Shown one piece after another: positions 40,790-52,231 of a stretch of DNA of 64,000 nt (within the stretch, counting starts at the first letter, position 1; every line of letters starts with the position of its first letter). Position numbers and translations under genes: made by a program. The DNA comes from an uncultured archaeon. Its GTDB lineage: Archaea > Asgardarchaeota > Lokiarchaeia > Sigyniarchaeales > SOKP01. Location of the stretch: the NCBI GenBank assembly GCA_964486045.1, contig CAZALK010000003.1:160001-224000 (forward strand), read 5' to 3'. The notes below the pieces were generated by a model. The model worked only from the letters and a program-made list of their open reading frames with translations, did no database searches and was not told the origin of the DNA.

Positions 40790-42145
40790 ATGGGATTTAA
40801 AGATTTAATATTATTAAAGAAGAAGGAAAACCTGGTTTTTGTAGTTCTTTTATCCTGGATGTTAATAGGGCATTTTTCAAACATCTTTATCCCATTTAAT
40901 ATATTTTTTGTTTTTTTGCCTTTATTGACTTATTCAAGTTTTTTATTTGCGCTCTCAGCTTTTCAAAACAAAGATATCCTACATATGAGTTTTGCTGAAC
41001 ATATCAAATCATTTTTAATTTCATTAGTTTTAGGTCTTATGCCTCTTTTTATTCTTGCAATTAATTTTATCCTATTTTTAATCGTTATTTTTATCATTTT
41101 TCTGGGATTGCTTATTTTATATCTTTTATTACCAAACTTTCAAAAAAGGGATCTATTATTTTATTCACTATGGTTTATAATTTGGATAGGATTTGTTTTT
41201 GTTTCATTTATCTTTATTCTGCTTTTTATTCCATTAATGATATTACAGAGAGTTCGCCAAAAAGCAGAAAAAAACGACCTTAAAATAGTGAATTATCGAT
41301 ATTCAACAACACTGCAATTTTCTGAATTTATTGGAGGAAATATATTAGCATTTATTATCCTCTCTTTTGCTTATCTAATTTCTGTATTAATGATAAAAAC
41401 ATATGGTGTAGTGGAATTTGATTTGCCTGGAATGTTAGAAGGTATGATAGGTTTCATGAGTTTTGTATTATTCATGGGAATCTTCTTTTTATTTTTCGGA
41501 ATTCTGAATTCATGGCTAGGTGTGTTTAACATAATCGTAGGAGTGTATTCTTTTTATTTAATGGTTAAAGCGTATTATAAGTTGAGTATATCCATAGGAA
41601 TACTAGGAGGAATTATCCCAAACTTGGCAACTATTCAATATCTTATTGACATTGGATTATTAATTATTAATTTGCTGTTTTTTTTATATGTTATAGGAGA
41701 TATTAGCGGGAAGATGACAATAGTGGTAGGTGAAAAATTGAAATCCTGGAAGACTGAAACAATAATAATATGGTTAATACTTTCAAATAGCACGGATGAA
41801 TTCGTACACATCGTTGCTGGGATTGAAATAATGGGTGTCAAGGAAGGCGTCGAATTAGCACTTTTTCTTTTAGTAGGATTCGTGGGGATTCAGGGTATGA
41901 TTTCATTTAGTAAAAAACAGCATAAAGGAGAATTTTTTAAGTCAAGAAAATCAACTATAATCTTTATCATATTGCTTTTTATTACATTTAGTGGATTTAC
42001 TACAATAAATAATTTTATAATTTCAATTTTTCCAATATTAGGTCCATCAGAAATTCCTATATTATCTCCCTCTTTTATTCTTCTCCTTTTACTATTTGGA
42101 TTTATTGCTGTAATATTTTTTTACAAAGATACAGTTAAAAAATAA
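40790..42145 (+). CDS. polytopic membrane protein
   Basis: 451 aa with about 12 hydrophobic segments. Confidence 0.65.
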   Translation: MGFKDLILLKKKENLVFVVLLSWMLIGHFSNIFIPFNIFFVFLPLLTYSSFLFALSAFQNKDILHMSFAEHIKSFLISLVLGLMPLFILAINFILFLIVIFIIFLGLLILYLLLPNFQKRDLLFYSLWFIIWIGFVFVSFIFILLFIPLMILQRVRQKAEKNDLKIVNYRYSTTLQFSEFIGGNILAFIILSFAYLISVLMIKTYGVVEFDLPGMLEGMIGFMSFVLFMGIFFLFFGILNSWLGVFNIIVGVYSFYLMVKAYYKLSISIGILGGIIPNLATIQYLIDIGLLIINLLFFLYVIGDISGKMTIVVGEKLKSWKTETIIIWLILSNSTDEFVHIVAGIEIMGVKEGVELALFLLVGFVGIQGMISFSKKQHKGEFFKSRKSTIIFIILLFITFSGFTTINNFIISIFPILGPSEIPILSPSFILLLLLFGFIAVIFFYKDTVKK

Positions 42146-42263
42146 AGGTTCTTTTTAGATAAACTACCAAGCAAGATCACGAATAGGATAATACTAATCA
42201 TTATAAAGCCAACTATTGCAAACATTTTTGAAGAATCACACGTTGTTCTCACTTTTTTTGATT

Positions 42264-44144
42264 TTAGAACCATCCACCTACAGCCCCAACTCCCACAACG
42301 TTAGAAATAACAACTGAGAAAAACAGTTGGATTATGTCAAAAGAGCATAGCAAGACAAAACTGAAAGCCCTTGTTTTTTCATAAATAATCGTATTAAAGA
42401 CTGTTGTAATTAAGAGAATAAAGTAAATAAATAACACAGAAGGTAAATATGAAATCCCCATGGTTATCAACATTAAATTGGCATATATGATAATCGCACA
42501 AACTATTATAATTTTAGATTTTGAGGATTCTGATTTTACAAAATTCAATTGTGGATATAACACTTTTCTAAATAAAATCTCAAGGGAAAGATATACAGGG
42601 AATATTAATAGTGCTAACAATTGAGCATCCCAACTAGCTGGCCACATGAAAGCAAAAGGATAGGAATATGAAAAGATTAAATAGATACCAATAAAATAAA
42701 AAGAACTGAGTAGCGCAAATATTATATACTTAAATTTGAATTCTTTTATTAAAAATCTTTTTACTTCATTTGAGTTAAACTTTACTCTCTCATTTCTTAA
42801 TTTTATAAAGTAGAGTAAGGTATGGATAAGTACATAAATACTACAGAAAATAAGAGAAGAATATAAAATTCCTATTACGCCAAAGTAATAAGCGAAAACT
42901 TGCCAATTAATAATAAAAAAGGCTGAGAATAGTATTATAGCGCTTATTTTTACTGGTTTTTTAATCTTTGATATTAAATTAATATCAAGCATTAGTAGTT
43001 GTCTATGGGATTTTTTTTCTTTGGTGAAAAAAATTGAAGAATAAGAGATTAGAGTTAAAATTATTATAACTAATATAATCAAGTTAGTGAAAATGAGAAT
43101 GTAATTCCATATATATGATAAATAGATGGGACCATTAATCGTTTCAGATTTAAAAAAATTCAATTCAAACCAATTAATTGTTTTAAAAAGAACAACGTCT
43201 GAATACAGCTGATGCCCACCACCTAATAATGGACCTGTTACATTTATCACAGAACAATCTGTTAATTCTTGAGCTTTCAACGCATTCTCTGTAAAATTTA
43301 GAATTTCATCGTTCACATGCATTATAATAAGAAGATTGAAAGAGTTTGTTTCATTTATCAAGTTGACAGGGATGTAATTTTCAAATTGTACATTCGCTTT
43401 AAATCCAAATAAAGGGGGCACAAAATTAACTAAAGGGGCCCACGCTACAGTAACATTAAATCGAGGATCTAAGGCTTGATTCATAAGAACAACCATACCC
43501 CCAAGTGAGTGACCTACTAATCCAACTTGAGATGTATTTACATCATTAATATAAAATGACATAGTTTCCAGTTTATCTAATAATTTAGAACAATCTTGAG
43601 CAAGTCCCGGAATATTTGTTGTGCTATCTATTTTGTTAATGTTTCCACTGCTTTCCCCATGTCCCTGATAATCAAGAGCAGCTACATAAAAACCTCTTTT
43701 CGTAAATTCTATAGGGATCCTTAAATCAAAGTCGCGTTTACTCCCAATTCCGTGGGCATAGATAATCAGAGGTTTTTTTTCTTGATTAGAAAGAGATTTC
43801 GCTGGATAAAATAAATTTGCATAAAGGGTAGATCCCGCAGAATTAAACTGAATTCGCTCATATTTATTGTAGCTTATAGATCTATTAAGATTTAGAAATA
43901 CTAAGGATAAGGTTATTAGAATAAGCAGGACAATAAATTTTTTAAAATAGGGATATTCTTTTTTTGTTATCTGATCTGTGAAAAAAGCTCTAAGTTTTGG
44001 TTTTGATTTATTCTTAAGAATTTTCCACCCTTTCTTGAGATTTTCTATTATTTTATCGATTCTTTTTAGCTCTGATGACTCTTGTGTCTCTGATGATTCT
44101 GGTGACCTTGATGACTCTGGTGACCCCGATGACTCTTCGTTCAT
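42264..44144 (-). CDS. membrane-bound alpha/beta hydrolase
   Basis: AHGIG, DYQGHGES, GHSLGG nucleophile elbow; multi-TM C-terminus. Confidence 0.8.
   Translation of the reverse strand: MNEESSGSPESSRSPESSETQESSELKRIDKIIENLKKGWKILKNKSKPKLRAFFTDQITKKEYPYFKKFIVLLILITLSLVFLNLNRSISYNKYERIQFNSAGSTLYANLFYPAKSLSNQEKKPLIIYAHGIGSKRDFDLRIPIEFTKRGFYVAALDYQGHGESSGNINKIDSTTNIPGLAQDCSKLLDKLETMSFYINDVNTSQVGLVGHSLGGMVVLMNQALDPRFNVTVAWAPLVNFVPPLFGFKANVQFENYIPVNLINETNSFNLLIIMHVNDEILNFTENALKAQELTDCSVINVTGPLLGGGHQLYSDVVLFKTINWFELNFFKSETINGPIYLSYIWNYILIFTNLIILVIIILTLISYSSIFFTKEKKSHRQLLMLDINLISKIKKPVKISAIILFSAFFIINWQVFAYYFGVIGILYSSLIFCSIYVLIHTLLYFIKLRNERVKFNSNEVKRFLIKEFKFKYIIFALLSSFYFIGIYLIFSYSYPFAFMWPASWDAQLLALLIFPVYLSLEILFRKVLYPQLNFVKSESSKSKIIIVCAIIIYANLMLITMGISYLPSVLFIYFILLITTVFNTIIYEKTRAFSFVLLCSFDIIQLFFSVVISNVVGVGAVGGWF
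44074..44136 (-). repeat. 18-bp coding tandem repeat (about 3.5 units)
   Basis: GATGA(C/T)TCT recurs at 44074, 44092, 44110 and 44128, encoding ESSGSP-ESSRSP-ESSETQ-ESS. Confidence 0.8.
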
Positions 44145-44358
44145 TTTTTTATTGGTATCTCTATTTTAAAATCGATTTTGGGTGTATTTTTCAAGGTATT
44201 TAATAGAAATTCGTCTTATAAGTTTAAATAGTTACATTTTTTAACTTCTCAGAAGAAACTTTTAAATGCTTAGAGACAATCGAATGAAAAATTAAAATCA
44301 AATCCTAGCCACAATAAGAAAAAAAAAAAGATTTAGCTTGGGTTTTTGGTTGAAGTTT

Positions 44359-45699
44359 TCATTTTTTTCTTGTTAGAAACGCAAGTAATAGATGTACTCC
44401 CAATCCAAATCCCCATCCTCCTAACGCAATTGCACTCCACAGTAGTGTAGGGGTAAATAATATGTTAGTGACCACTAATAGAGGTATACCTCCGATATAC
44501 GCAGCACTATGAAGTACAGCTGTCCACATTAGAAAAGCGTTTATTTGTTTTAGTGCAATAAAATACATAGCCCCATGAACCAATAAGCCGATCAACCATC
44601 CGAATGCGACGATACTCAAGAAAGAAGTAAAATCTATTGTCAGAGGAGGTGGTATAAATGCTATAATATCATTAACTAAGGGAGATATGAGGATAACTCC
44701 AAGGATATAGGCAAATATATGAGCTATGAATGTAAACCGCCAAAATAATAGCCAATACGTCAACCTTTGATATTTATATTCTTCAAGTCCTTCTCGGGAT
44801 CGTCCCTTAACTTTTTCAAGAGCACTTGGATTTATAGAATCCCATTTTAGGGTAACAAAAATATGGATTCCTATAAAAAAAAGCCATAAAATGACAGGGA
44901 TGTGCCACCAGAATAATGTTTGACCTGGAGATAGTTGTTCCCAAAGACCGATGAAGATAAGTCCTACGTATGCTATAATGTGGAGAATTAAGCCTTTCAT
45001 TACTATCGTTAATTTCTCGTTGTAATTAAAAAGATAGTATGCTAAAATATGCAAACCCAGAAAAAGTGTCCATCCTATTGTAGTTTGAAGTACATTCTCA
45101 ATTGTAAGGCTAAAGATTATCCAAATTTGAGTTACATATGTTAAAACGGCAATTACAACGAAGTACGTAATATGCATTAATAATATTTCGATTCCTAGAA
45201 GCTTTGAAGATGCAAATTCTTTTAATCTTTCATCCGAATAATCAGGGTGTTTTTCACGTATTTTAGTTTTTTGAGCTTCTAAAGCCTTATCCCAAGTAAA
45301 GAAACCAAATGCATGGAAAGCGAAAGCAATACCCCAACCTCCTAACGGCCATATAAACCATATCAAGTTAGGGGTCGTTATTAAATCAAGAATCAAAAGG
45401 AAAATGTTTATACTACCATAGAACCAAGCGTGAAAAATGAAAGCTATTTTGAACCCAGATTCTTTTCTTAATTCTGACAAGTATTTGACTTTATCGTTAT
45501 ACATTAGCCAAACCAGCGCGTGAAAACCAATCCCAAATCCCCAACCGAAAATAGGAAAGAAAGGAATAAAACCAGTGTCTGGTGGAAGTAATGGTATCGA
45601 CACCGCCCAAATCAAGATAAGTAATAGATTTACCCCTACGTAGGCAAAGAGATGGATAAAAAACAAAATTCGATTTGATAATATCTTTGTTAAACTCAT
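44359..45699 (-). CDS. membrane protein built from multiple 2TM-domain repeats
   Basis: repeated F.IH...Y...N..L...W...P..GWG.G...H units. Confidence 0.75.
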   Translation of the reverse strand: MSLTKILSNRILFFIHLFAYVGVNLLLILIWAVSIPLLPPDTGFIPFFPIFGWGFGIGFHALVWLMYNDKVKYLSELRKESGFKIAFIFHAWFYGSINIFLLILDLITTPNLIWFIWPLGGWGIAFAFHAFGFFTWDKALEAQKTKIREKHPDYSDERLKEFASSKLLGIEILLMHITYFVVIAVLTYVTQIWIIFSLTIENVLQTTIGWTLFLGLHILAYYLFNYNEKLTIVMKGLILHIIAYVGLIFIGLWEQLSPGQTLFWWHIPVILWLFFIGIHIFVTLKWDSINPSALEKVKGRSREGLEEYKYQRLTYWLLFWRFTFIAHIFAYILGVILISPLVNDIIAFIPPPLTIDFTSFLSIVAFGWLIGLLVHGAMYFIALKQINAFLMWTAVLHSAAYIGGIPLLVVTNILFTPTLLWSAIALGGWGFGLGVHLLLAFLTRKK

Positions 45700-45855
45700 A
45701 ATATTCAGTTTTTTTTATTTATATTCAAAGAGATCTTTAGATTTTATAAAGATCGTTGGTTACATGTCTTTTCTTTTGTTTAAAAACTTTTAACTATTTA
45801 TTATTAAAAAAAAAATAAGTTAGTGTGTGGTTGGCTCTTTTTATGACTGAAAATA

Positions 45856-46605
45856 TCACCTATTCAATAGAGTTTTCATATCGTTAAGGATAAAATTGAT
45901 CTCAGCATCAAATTTTTTTACTTGATCAATAAATAGATTATTTACTTGAATTAGTTGGGATACGGCAAACTCAGGAGATTGGGAAATTTGTTTTGCCATT
46001 TTTATTGCCTCATCCAGAGCTTCTCCTTTCTCAACAAGTTTATTTAATATATTCAGTCTATAAGCCTCTTCAGAAGTAATATAGGTTTCTCGCGTTCCGG
46101 TATTTAAAACAAGTTCAAGTGCTTTTCCACGACCCACCAAAGTTAAATAAGGATAAAATAAAGGACAAGCCCCGAATCGTATCTCAGGGTGTCCAAATAA
46201 CGATCCTTTTGATGCCACTCGTAAATGGCAAATAGCTGCAAGATCAAAAGCCCCGGCTAATGCATATCCATTTATGGCTGCGATTAGTAGTTTTGGATAA
46301 TCAAAGATAGTCTGATGGAAAAGATGATTGGAATCAACAAACTTTTGGTAATCCCCCTCTCCTTGGATTACAGCCTGAACTTCATCCCTATCAAATCCCG
46401 CTGAAAAGAAATCTTCCCCTCCATAGAAAATTATTGCTTTTATTCTTTTTTCATCCTTTAAAGCCATTAGTGCGTCAAGTATTTCCGTTCTCATTGCTTC
46501 ACTAAATGCATTTTTCTTTTCTGGTCTATTAAATTTTAAAATAGCGACCTTACCTTTTCTTTCAATTATAATAAACTGATAGGTTTGCTTTTCTATTTTT
46601 TTCAC
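45856..46605 (-). CDS. enoyl-CoA hydratase/isomerase family protein
   Basis: NRPEKKNA, FSAGFD, AAINGYALAG, GHPE. Confidence 0.88.
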   Translation of the reverse strand: MKKIEKQTYQFIIIERKGKVAILKFNRPEKKNAFSEAMRTEILDALMALKDEKRIKAIIFYGGEDFFSAGFDRDEVQAVIQGEGDYQKFVDSNHLFHQTIFDYPKLLIAAINGYALAGAFDLAAICHLRVASKGSLFGHPEIRFGACPLFYPYLTLVGRGKALELVLNTGTRETYITSEEAYRLNILNKLVEKGEALDEAIKMAKQISQSPEFAVSQLIQVNNLFIDQVKKFDAEINFILNDMKTLLNR

Positions 46606-46857
46606 CTCAAAAATTAAAAACTCATTAATTAAGATTTAGTCAAAACAACTTAAATGTCTTTTAGAATATAACAAGAAAAGTTAAAGTTAGAAATAATAAT
46701 TTATATATATATTTTAATACTAGAACGAGGAGATACCGGATGTTTTCTATGTACTGCCTACATCGAAAATTACTTCGAAATATTTTGTGATGAAGATGAA
46801 ACGCTTAAAATTGGAAGCTTTTCAGAAGAATATGAATATATCGTTATTATCCATTGT

Positions 46858-47139
46858 TTGATCAGTGAGAAAGCTAAAGCAAAATACTATGATTTAAGAA
46901 AAAAGCGAATAAGAGAATATAAAGATCAAATTCAATGGCTCAGTGTTTATCATAATACCTATAACACAAATGAGTTTACCGCATATATGGGATTTTTAAA
47001 TGAGGATGAGTTTAAGAACGTCAAGAAACCTGATGAGTTCTTTTTGGAAGAATATTTATTTACCGGCTTGAGAAATCCTCTTGGTATGTCTTATATTGCC
47101 AGTTACAATCAATTTATTTGTAAATCAATTAGATTTTAA
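46858..47139 (+). CDS. hypothetical protein; the frame is open upstream to at least 46735 (TGCFLC...) without an ATG
   Basis: open frame with CxxC after a GAGGAG SD-like site; start unclear. Confidence 0.4.
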   Translation: MISEKAKAKYYDLRKKRIREYKDQIQWLSVYHNTYNTNEFTAYMGFLNEDEFKNVKKPDEFFLEEYLFTGLRNPLGMSYIASYNQFICKSIRF

Positions 47140-47150
47140 AAAAAATTATA

Positions 47151-47393
47151 ATGAGACCTCCCATATGCTGTATTTGTGATAAGAAGCTAGTAGATCTGGA
47201 TGAAGGCGGTTTGATATACTTTAAAAAACGCCTTTCTGATAAAGAATGGGAAAGAAAAATGAAAGAAATTGGAGGGGTAGGGCATCCACCATATGCAGAA
47301 TGGTTCTGTAAAAAGCATTATGAGAGAGCTAATAAATTGAGTCACTTAACTATTGATGTTGCTCTAAAAATTTTATCGTCCGAGACAACTTGA
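47151..47393 (+). CDS. small Zn-binding protein
   Basis: MRPPICCICD...GHPPYAEWFCKKH. Confidence 0.7.
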   Translation: MRPPICCICDKKLVDLDEGGLIYFKKRLSDKEWERKMKEIGGVGHPPYAEWFCKKHYERANKLSHLTIDVALKILSSETT

Positions 47394-47435
47394 TTAGTTT
47401 TACTCGTTTCCACAAAAAAAAATTGAAGATTATTC

Positions 47436-47750
47436 ATGTTTTGCGAGAATTGTGGTGTAGAGATAAGGAATCCAAATCAACCATTTTGTTTGAAATGTAG
47501 AAATTCATTGATAAAAGGTGAGGAGGAATTACAAGAATTATTAGATTCAGGTAACGTACGAATATTTGTAGATGGTGCTAGACATCGAGTTTGGATTTGG
47601 AAGGGAAGTAACATTGTTGCCCGAAAGAAATTTAAGAGTTTTAAGATCGCACCTAGCATTCGAGATAGACAGGGAATTAGATATGAAATAGTCTCTGTCA
47701 ATGAGGGTAATGAACCTTCTGAATTTTTGGAATTCATACAAGGAAAATAG
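47436..47750 (+). CDS. Zn ribbon + single gelsolin-like domain protein
   Basis: CENCG...FCLKC, then IFVD...RVWIWKGSN...VNEGNEPSEF. Confidence 0.7.
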   Translation: MFCENCGVEIRNPNQPFCLKCRNSLIKGEEELQELLDSGNVRIFVDGARHRVWIWKGSNIVARKKFKSFKIAPSIRDRQGIRYEIVSVNEGNEPSEFLEFIQGK

Positions 47751-47823
47751 TTGCCCACTCATAAAGTTATATATTGATATTAATGTAGATGATAAATATA
47801 TAAAATTAAGTGACCATAATATA

Positions 47824-50589
47824 TCAATCAATTATAGTAGCTGATTCTGTCTTTTCAGGACTTTTTCTAAGTTCCTCAGTGTTTACTCTCTCTAGGAAGT
47901 AAGGATCTATAATTTTTGAGATTTGTTTAAAGTCGTAATGTTTAGCATCAATGGCTTTTAATCGACAAACTGATGAGCATTTTCCGCATCCTTTACAGAG
48001 AGCTGAATTGATGACAGCTTTTTTAATAGGTAAGCTAACATCTTCATAATTTCTTTCAGCATCTACAAGATCAATGGCATTGAAAGCACAAACTTCTTCG
48101 CATCTCCCACAACCATTACATTTATCGGGATTAACGATTAAGTCCTTGAAAAAGCATTCTATTGATAGTAGAGATGATAAGTACTCTAACTTTGTTGTAG
48201 ATATTTGTTTTCGGCTTAAAAATCTGCTTGCTCTTCCAGCAGCCCCTTTTGCTTGAGCTATTGAATCTTGTATATTCTTTGGAAACTCGGCACTACCACA
48301 AATGAAAACTCCATTAGTCACAAAATCTAGCGGTCTCAATTTCTCATGGGCTTCAGGAAAAAAGCCATTTTCATCCAACGGAACATCTAACATTTCGGCT
48401 AATTCTATTAAATTTGGAGAAGGAACTAAAGGAGTAGCTAATACAATGAGATCGGTTTCATGATCAATTAGATTATTTAAATCGTCACGTACTTTTATAT
48501 GATACTTTTCGGGGATTTTGGTAACCTGAGTTATTTCGGGAATATTATCTAAATTATACCTTAAGCAATTCGCAATTGTGTTCTGTTCATTAAAGATATC
48601 TTCGAATTCTGTTTTCACGGTATGAAGATCTCTGTAAAATACAAGCATTTCTAGCTCAGGTTTTAATTCTTTTAGGAGATTTATGTTCTTCAAAGCATTG
48701 GTGCAACACACATTAGAACAATATGGCAATCCATCCATTTGTCTTGAGTTAACACACAAAATAGTTGTAATATGATAAATTTTATCAAGCCAAGATCGAT
48801 CTTCATTTTTTAATTTTTGTTCTAACTCTAATAACGTTATTACATTCTGGTTTTCTTCATTATATTGAAATAACCGTTTTGGCTTAAATTCTTGACTTCC
48901 CGTTGCTACTATAATAACTCCAATATTTAAACTTTGAAGCTTTCCATCGTTATTTCCGGTTTTTACTAAATAATTTCCAATACTTCCATTAATTTCTCTA
49001 ACCTGGGAATTTAACAAAACATGAATCTTTTTACAATCTTCAATTTCTTTGATTATATCGTTTAAAAACTCAGATGCTTTTTGTTGGGTAGGAGATATTA
49101 TGTTCACATCATTTAACATTCCCCCAAGAATCTTTTGTTTTTCTACAATATATGTTTCAAAACCTTGTTTGCTTATATTTAGAGCTGTCGTCATCCCTGA
49201 AACGCCACCACCTATTATTAAAGCAGAAGGTGTAATATCTATTATATTTTCTTTTGGTAATATATCAATTTCTCGTTCTTTAATTTGAGAATATTTAGCA
49301 GAGGGTAATAAAGCAGCAATTTGCCCTGCAACTCCACTTGCATTAACTACTGTTTCAGAAATATTCATTGGGCCCTTACACAAACCAGATAAGAAGATTC
49401 CATCTCTTGAGGATAAAGAATTATTAGAGTAAGATCTCTCCTTAAAAAAATTGTAGTTATTTAATTCAATCCCTAAGATTTTAGCTAAATCTTTTGAACC
49501 ATTAGAAGGAATCAATGGAGCAGAGAGCACTACTAAGTTTGCTCGAAAGTTTTTTGATTGCCCTGCTTTTAAATCATCGTAATGGATAATTAAATCATTT
49601 GTTTCCTCATCTTCTTCAATTTCCCTAATTAAAGAATGAACAAATTCAATTTCGTAATCATCATGGGCATTTTTAGTATACTCATAGAAGTTTTTTCCAA
49701 AAACTCTGATATTGTGACGGAATACCGTTATCTCTGAGTTTTCAGCGCTTATTTTTGTATTAACTGCGTTTTTTGTGGTATACATACAACACACGCGAGA
49801 ACAATAGGGAGCAGCTTCCTCTGACATAATACATGAGATAAATGCAATTTTTTTAGGTTCTTCTTCGTCGCTAGGCCTTAAAATATGTCCTCCAAAAGGA
49901 CCTGAGGGACTTATTATTCTTTCGTACTCCAAAGCGTTGACAACATTTTTAAATTGATAACCCCATTTTGATGATAATTCCTCACCAAGCATTTCAAATC
50001 CAGTAGAAACCACAATTGCTCCTACATTCAACTCAATTTCTTGGGATTCTTGTTCGAAATCGATAGCTCCGGAATTTCCAGCCTTACAGACTTTTTTGCA
50101 CACTCCACACACATTTCTTTGTAAATACAGACATAAATCAGGATCTATTAGATACACAGGGGGAGTTGCTTGTGGGAAGGGTATATATGCTGATTTTCTT
50201 TTTCCCAGATTCATATCAAATAGATTTGGTACTTGAATTTTAGGGCATTTTGCTGCACAGTCTCCGCATCCCCTACATAGTGCCTCGTCTACATAGCGTG
50301 GCTTTTTGAGAATTTTTACTGTGAAATTACCAACTTCTCCGGTAACTTCCTGAAGTTCACTCAAAGTTAACAGTTCAATATCTGGGTTCCTATGAACGGC
50401 CACCATTTTAGGTGCAAGAACACACAAACTACAATCATTCGCAGGGAATAATTTATCAAATTGCGCCATTCTACCTCCGATTGATGGTTCTTTTTCTATC
50501 AAATAGACTTTAAATCCTAATTCCGTTAAATCTAGGGATGATTGAATACCCGCGATTCCTCCACCAATAACTAATACAGATCCTTCCAT
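47824..50589 (-). CDS. hdrA: heterodisulfide reductase subunit A-like flavoprotein (paralog 2, internally shortened)
   Basis: two GGG Rossmann motifs, DKLFPANDCSLC, YCSRVCC and 4Fe-4S ferredoxin motifs. Confidence 0.88.
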   Translation of the reverse strand: MEGSVLVIGGGIAGIQSSLDLTELGFKVYLIEKEPSIGGRMAQFDKLFPANDCSLCVLAPKMVAVHRNPDIELLTLSELQEVTGEVGNFTVKILKKPRYVDEALCRGCGDCAAKCPKIQVPNLFDMNLGKRKSAYIPFPQATPPVYLIDPDLCLYLQRNVCGVCKKVCKAGNSGAIDFEQESQEIELNVGAIVVSTGFEMLGEELSSKWGYQFKNVVNALEYERIISPSGPFGGHILRPSDEEEPKKIAFISCIMSEEAAPYCSRVCCMYTTKNAVNTKISAENSEITVFRHNIRVFGKNFYEYTKNAHDDYEIEFVHSLIREIEEDEETNDLIIHYDDLKAGQSKNFRANLVVLSAPLIPSNGSKDLAKILGIELNNYNFFKERSYSNNSLSSRDGIFLSGLCKGPMNISETVVNASGVAGQIAALLPSAKYSQIKEREIDILPKENIIDITPSALIIGGGVSGMTTALNISKQGFETYIVEKQKILGGMLNDVNIISPTQQKASEFLNDIIKEIEDCKKIHVLLNSQVREINGSIGNYLVKTGNNDGKLQSLNIGVIIVATGSQEFKPKRLFQYNEENQNVITLLELEQKLKNEDRSWLDKIYHITTILCVNSRQMDGLPYCSNVCCTNALKNINLLKELKPELEMLVFYRDLHTVKTEFEDIFNEQNTIANCLRYNLDNIPEITQVTKIPEKYHIKVRDDLNNLIDHETDLIVLATPLVPSPNLIELAEMLDVPLDENGFFPEAHEKLRPLDFVTNGVFICGSAEFPKNIQDSIAQAKGAAGRASRFLSRKQISTTKLEYLSSLLSIECFFKDLIVNPDKCNGCGRCEEVCAFNAIDLVDAERNYEDVSLPIKKAVINSALCKGCGKCSSVCRLKAIDAKHYDFKQISKIIDPYFLERVNTEELRKSPEKTESATIID

Positions 50590-51004
50590 ATTATATTTTC
50601 CTCTATTAGTTCAATTTTGAAAAAAAGTTTAGATAATTTTTGCTATTCATAGTTATGTAAAATCATTAATTTAAATATTACTCTTTTAAAATGACGGAAT
50701 TTAAAAAAAGATTCTAGTTTTGCGATCCAGTCTGATAATTTCTACTATCATTTGAAGGGTTTCAGACATTATTATTTTTTATTTTACCGATCTCAGTAAA
50801 TATGCATGATAGTAATAACTTTGGTTAAATATGTGATGTATTTCTTACAAATTTGCTGATAAATTACTGTTATGGAGCAAAGCAGATTTAGAAGGTGATC
50901 ATTTTCCAACACTTACTACCCTTAAAATTTTGAATTTTCAGAAAAATTTTAACTTTACAGAAATAATATTACTTTGAAGTTTCGGTAAATTTTTTAATCC
51001 GAAA

Positions 51005-51262
51005 TTGCACAAATACTTTAGAAACAGCAAACAAAAGCAGGGATGTAACCCAAAAATGGATAAAAAATTAAAAGTTGCATTAATCTCTTTTGCGATTGGT
51101 ATGATTCTATTAATTTTCTTTTTCATATTACCATGGGGGCAACCATTTTTAGGTATAAAAGTAGTTTTGTTAATTTTTATGGTAATTTGCTTCTTTATAG
51201 CAATTTATATGATATTGGAAAAATTAGGTGTTGTTGAAGTATTAGATGATATATTTAACTAA
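51005..51262 (+). CDS. small 2-TM membrane protein (probable start at MDKK)
   Basis: two hydrophobic helices. Confidence 0.5.
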   Translation: MHKYFRNSKQKQGCNPKMDKKLKVALISFAIGMILLIFFFILPWGQPFLGIKVVLLIFMVICFFIAIYMILEKLGVVEVLDDIFN

Positions 51263-51462
51263 AAAAAGTGTTAAAAATATAAATACCGCAATCATTCCAA
51301 ACAAAAATTTAGATCTTGGAACTCTTTTATACAATTGGAAATACACAAACCTAAAACGCATTTATTGGTGAACTTTTCACCAAATTTGTTGATAAAATGT
51401 GAAGAAATATTAAAAATATCTAATTAGTTATATTTGAACTAAATTTTGAATTTTTAAAATCT

Positions 51463-52185
51463 TCATTCAGTTGGCGATCTCACTTCAGCTTTAATAGTTT
51501 TAGATTTTTTCTTTTTTACATATATTATCCCGATAATTGATATGACTCCTATAAGACCAACAATTAATAGAATTAAAAGAATATTTATCGGTTCAGGAAG
51601 GTTTGGAACTGAAAATTTTATCATCTGCATATAAATATCGGAGTTTAAATTTCTCCGATCTTCCCATACTATGAATATGTTGTCTTCTGCATTCATTACC
51701 ATTTGCATATATCGCTGACTGTTGTTCGCATCAGATATAACCATCCCGTTCTCCTCCCAAAGTGAATCACCATTAGAATCAATTCGTTGAGCATAAATGT
51801 CTGAGTTACCATTTCTATCATCTTGCCATGTAATAATTGCGCCACCAGTTTCACTCGGGATAAGTTCAGCATCCCTTTGGTCTCCACTAGCGTTAGTCAG
51901 CTCTTTACCATTTAAACCCCATTTCAAGATGCCATTAGAATCGACATTTTGAAGGTAAATATCATAACTCGAACCACTTCTGCGGTCTTCCCAGGCGACA
52001 ATAACTCCTCCTGAATTATCAGTTATTAATTTCGGAGATTCTTCATCACTACTAAGATTTGTAATTTGGATATCATTTGTTGTCCACTCTTATGTAGCAA
52101 AAGCCTCTGTGTATAGCACAAACTCAGGAGAGAGAACTATTAAAATAATAATGGTAAAGCTAAATCGATTTCCTACTTTAATCAT
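51463..52185 (-). pseudogene. surface protein with W(E/Q)DxR...DIY repeats and C-terminal TM; nonsense codon after the signal peptide
   Basis: ATG at 52185, TAA at codon 32 (52090-52092), then the same frame continues through three WEDRR/WQDDR repeats to 51463. Confidence 0.75.
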
Positions 52186-52231
52186 TGAATATCAGATAAT
52201 ACTTTATTGTTTATCTAAATGTTTGTGTTTA

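Noticed and set aside
48140-48195. 14-aa insert in HdrA paralog 2 as an in-frame intron
   Set aside because: A TAGAG/CTCTA hairpin exists but no BHB geometry; the segment reads as plausible coding sequence.
52090-52092. TAA in the surface protein as an intron
   Set aside because: Only a weak hairpin is present, with no 4-bp central helix flanked by 3-nt bulges; treated as a nonsense mutation.
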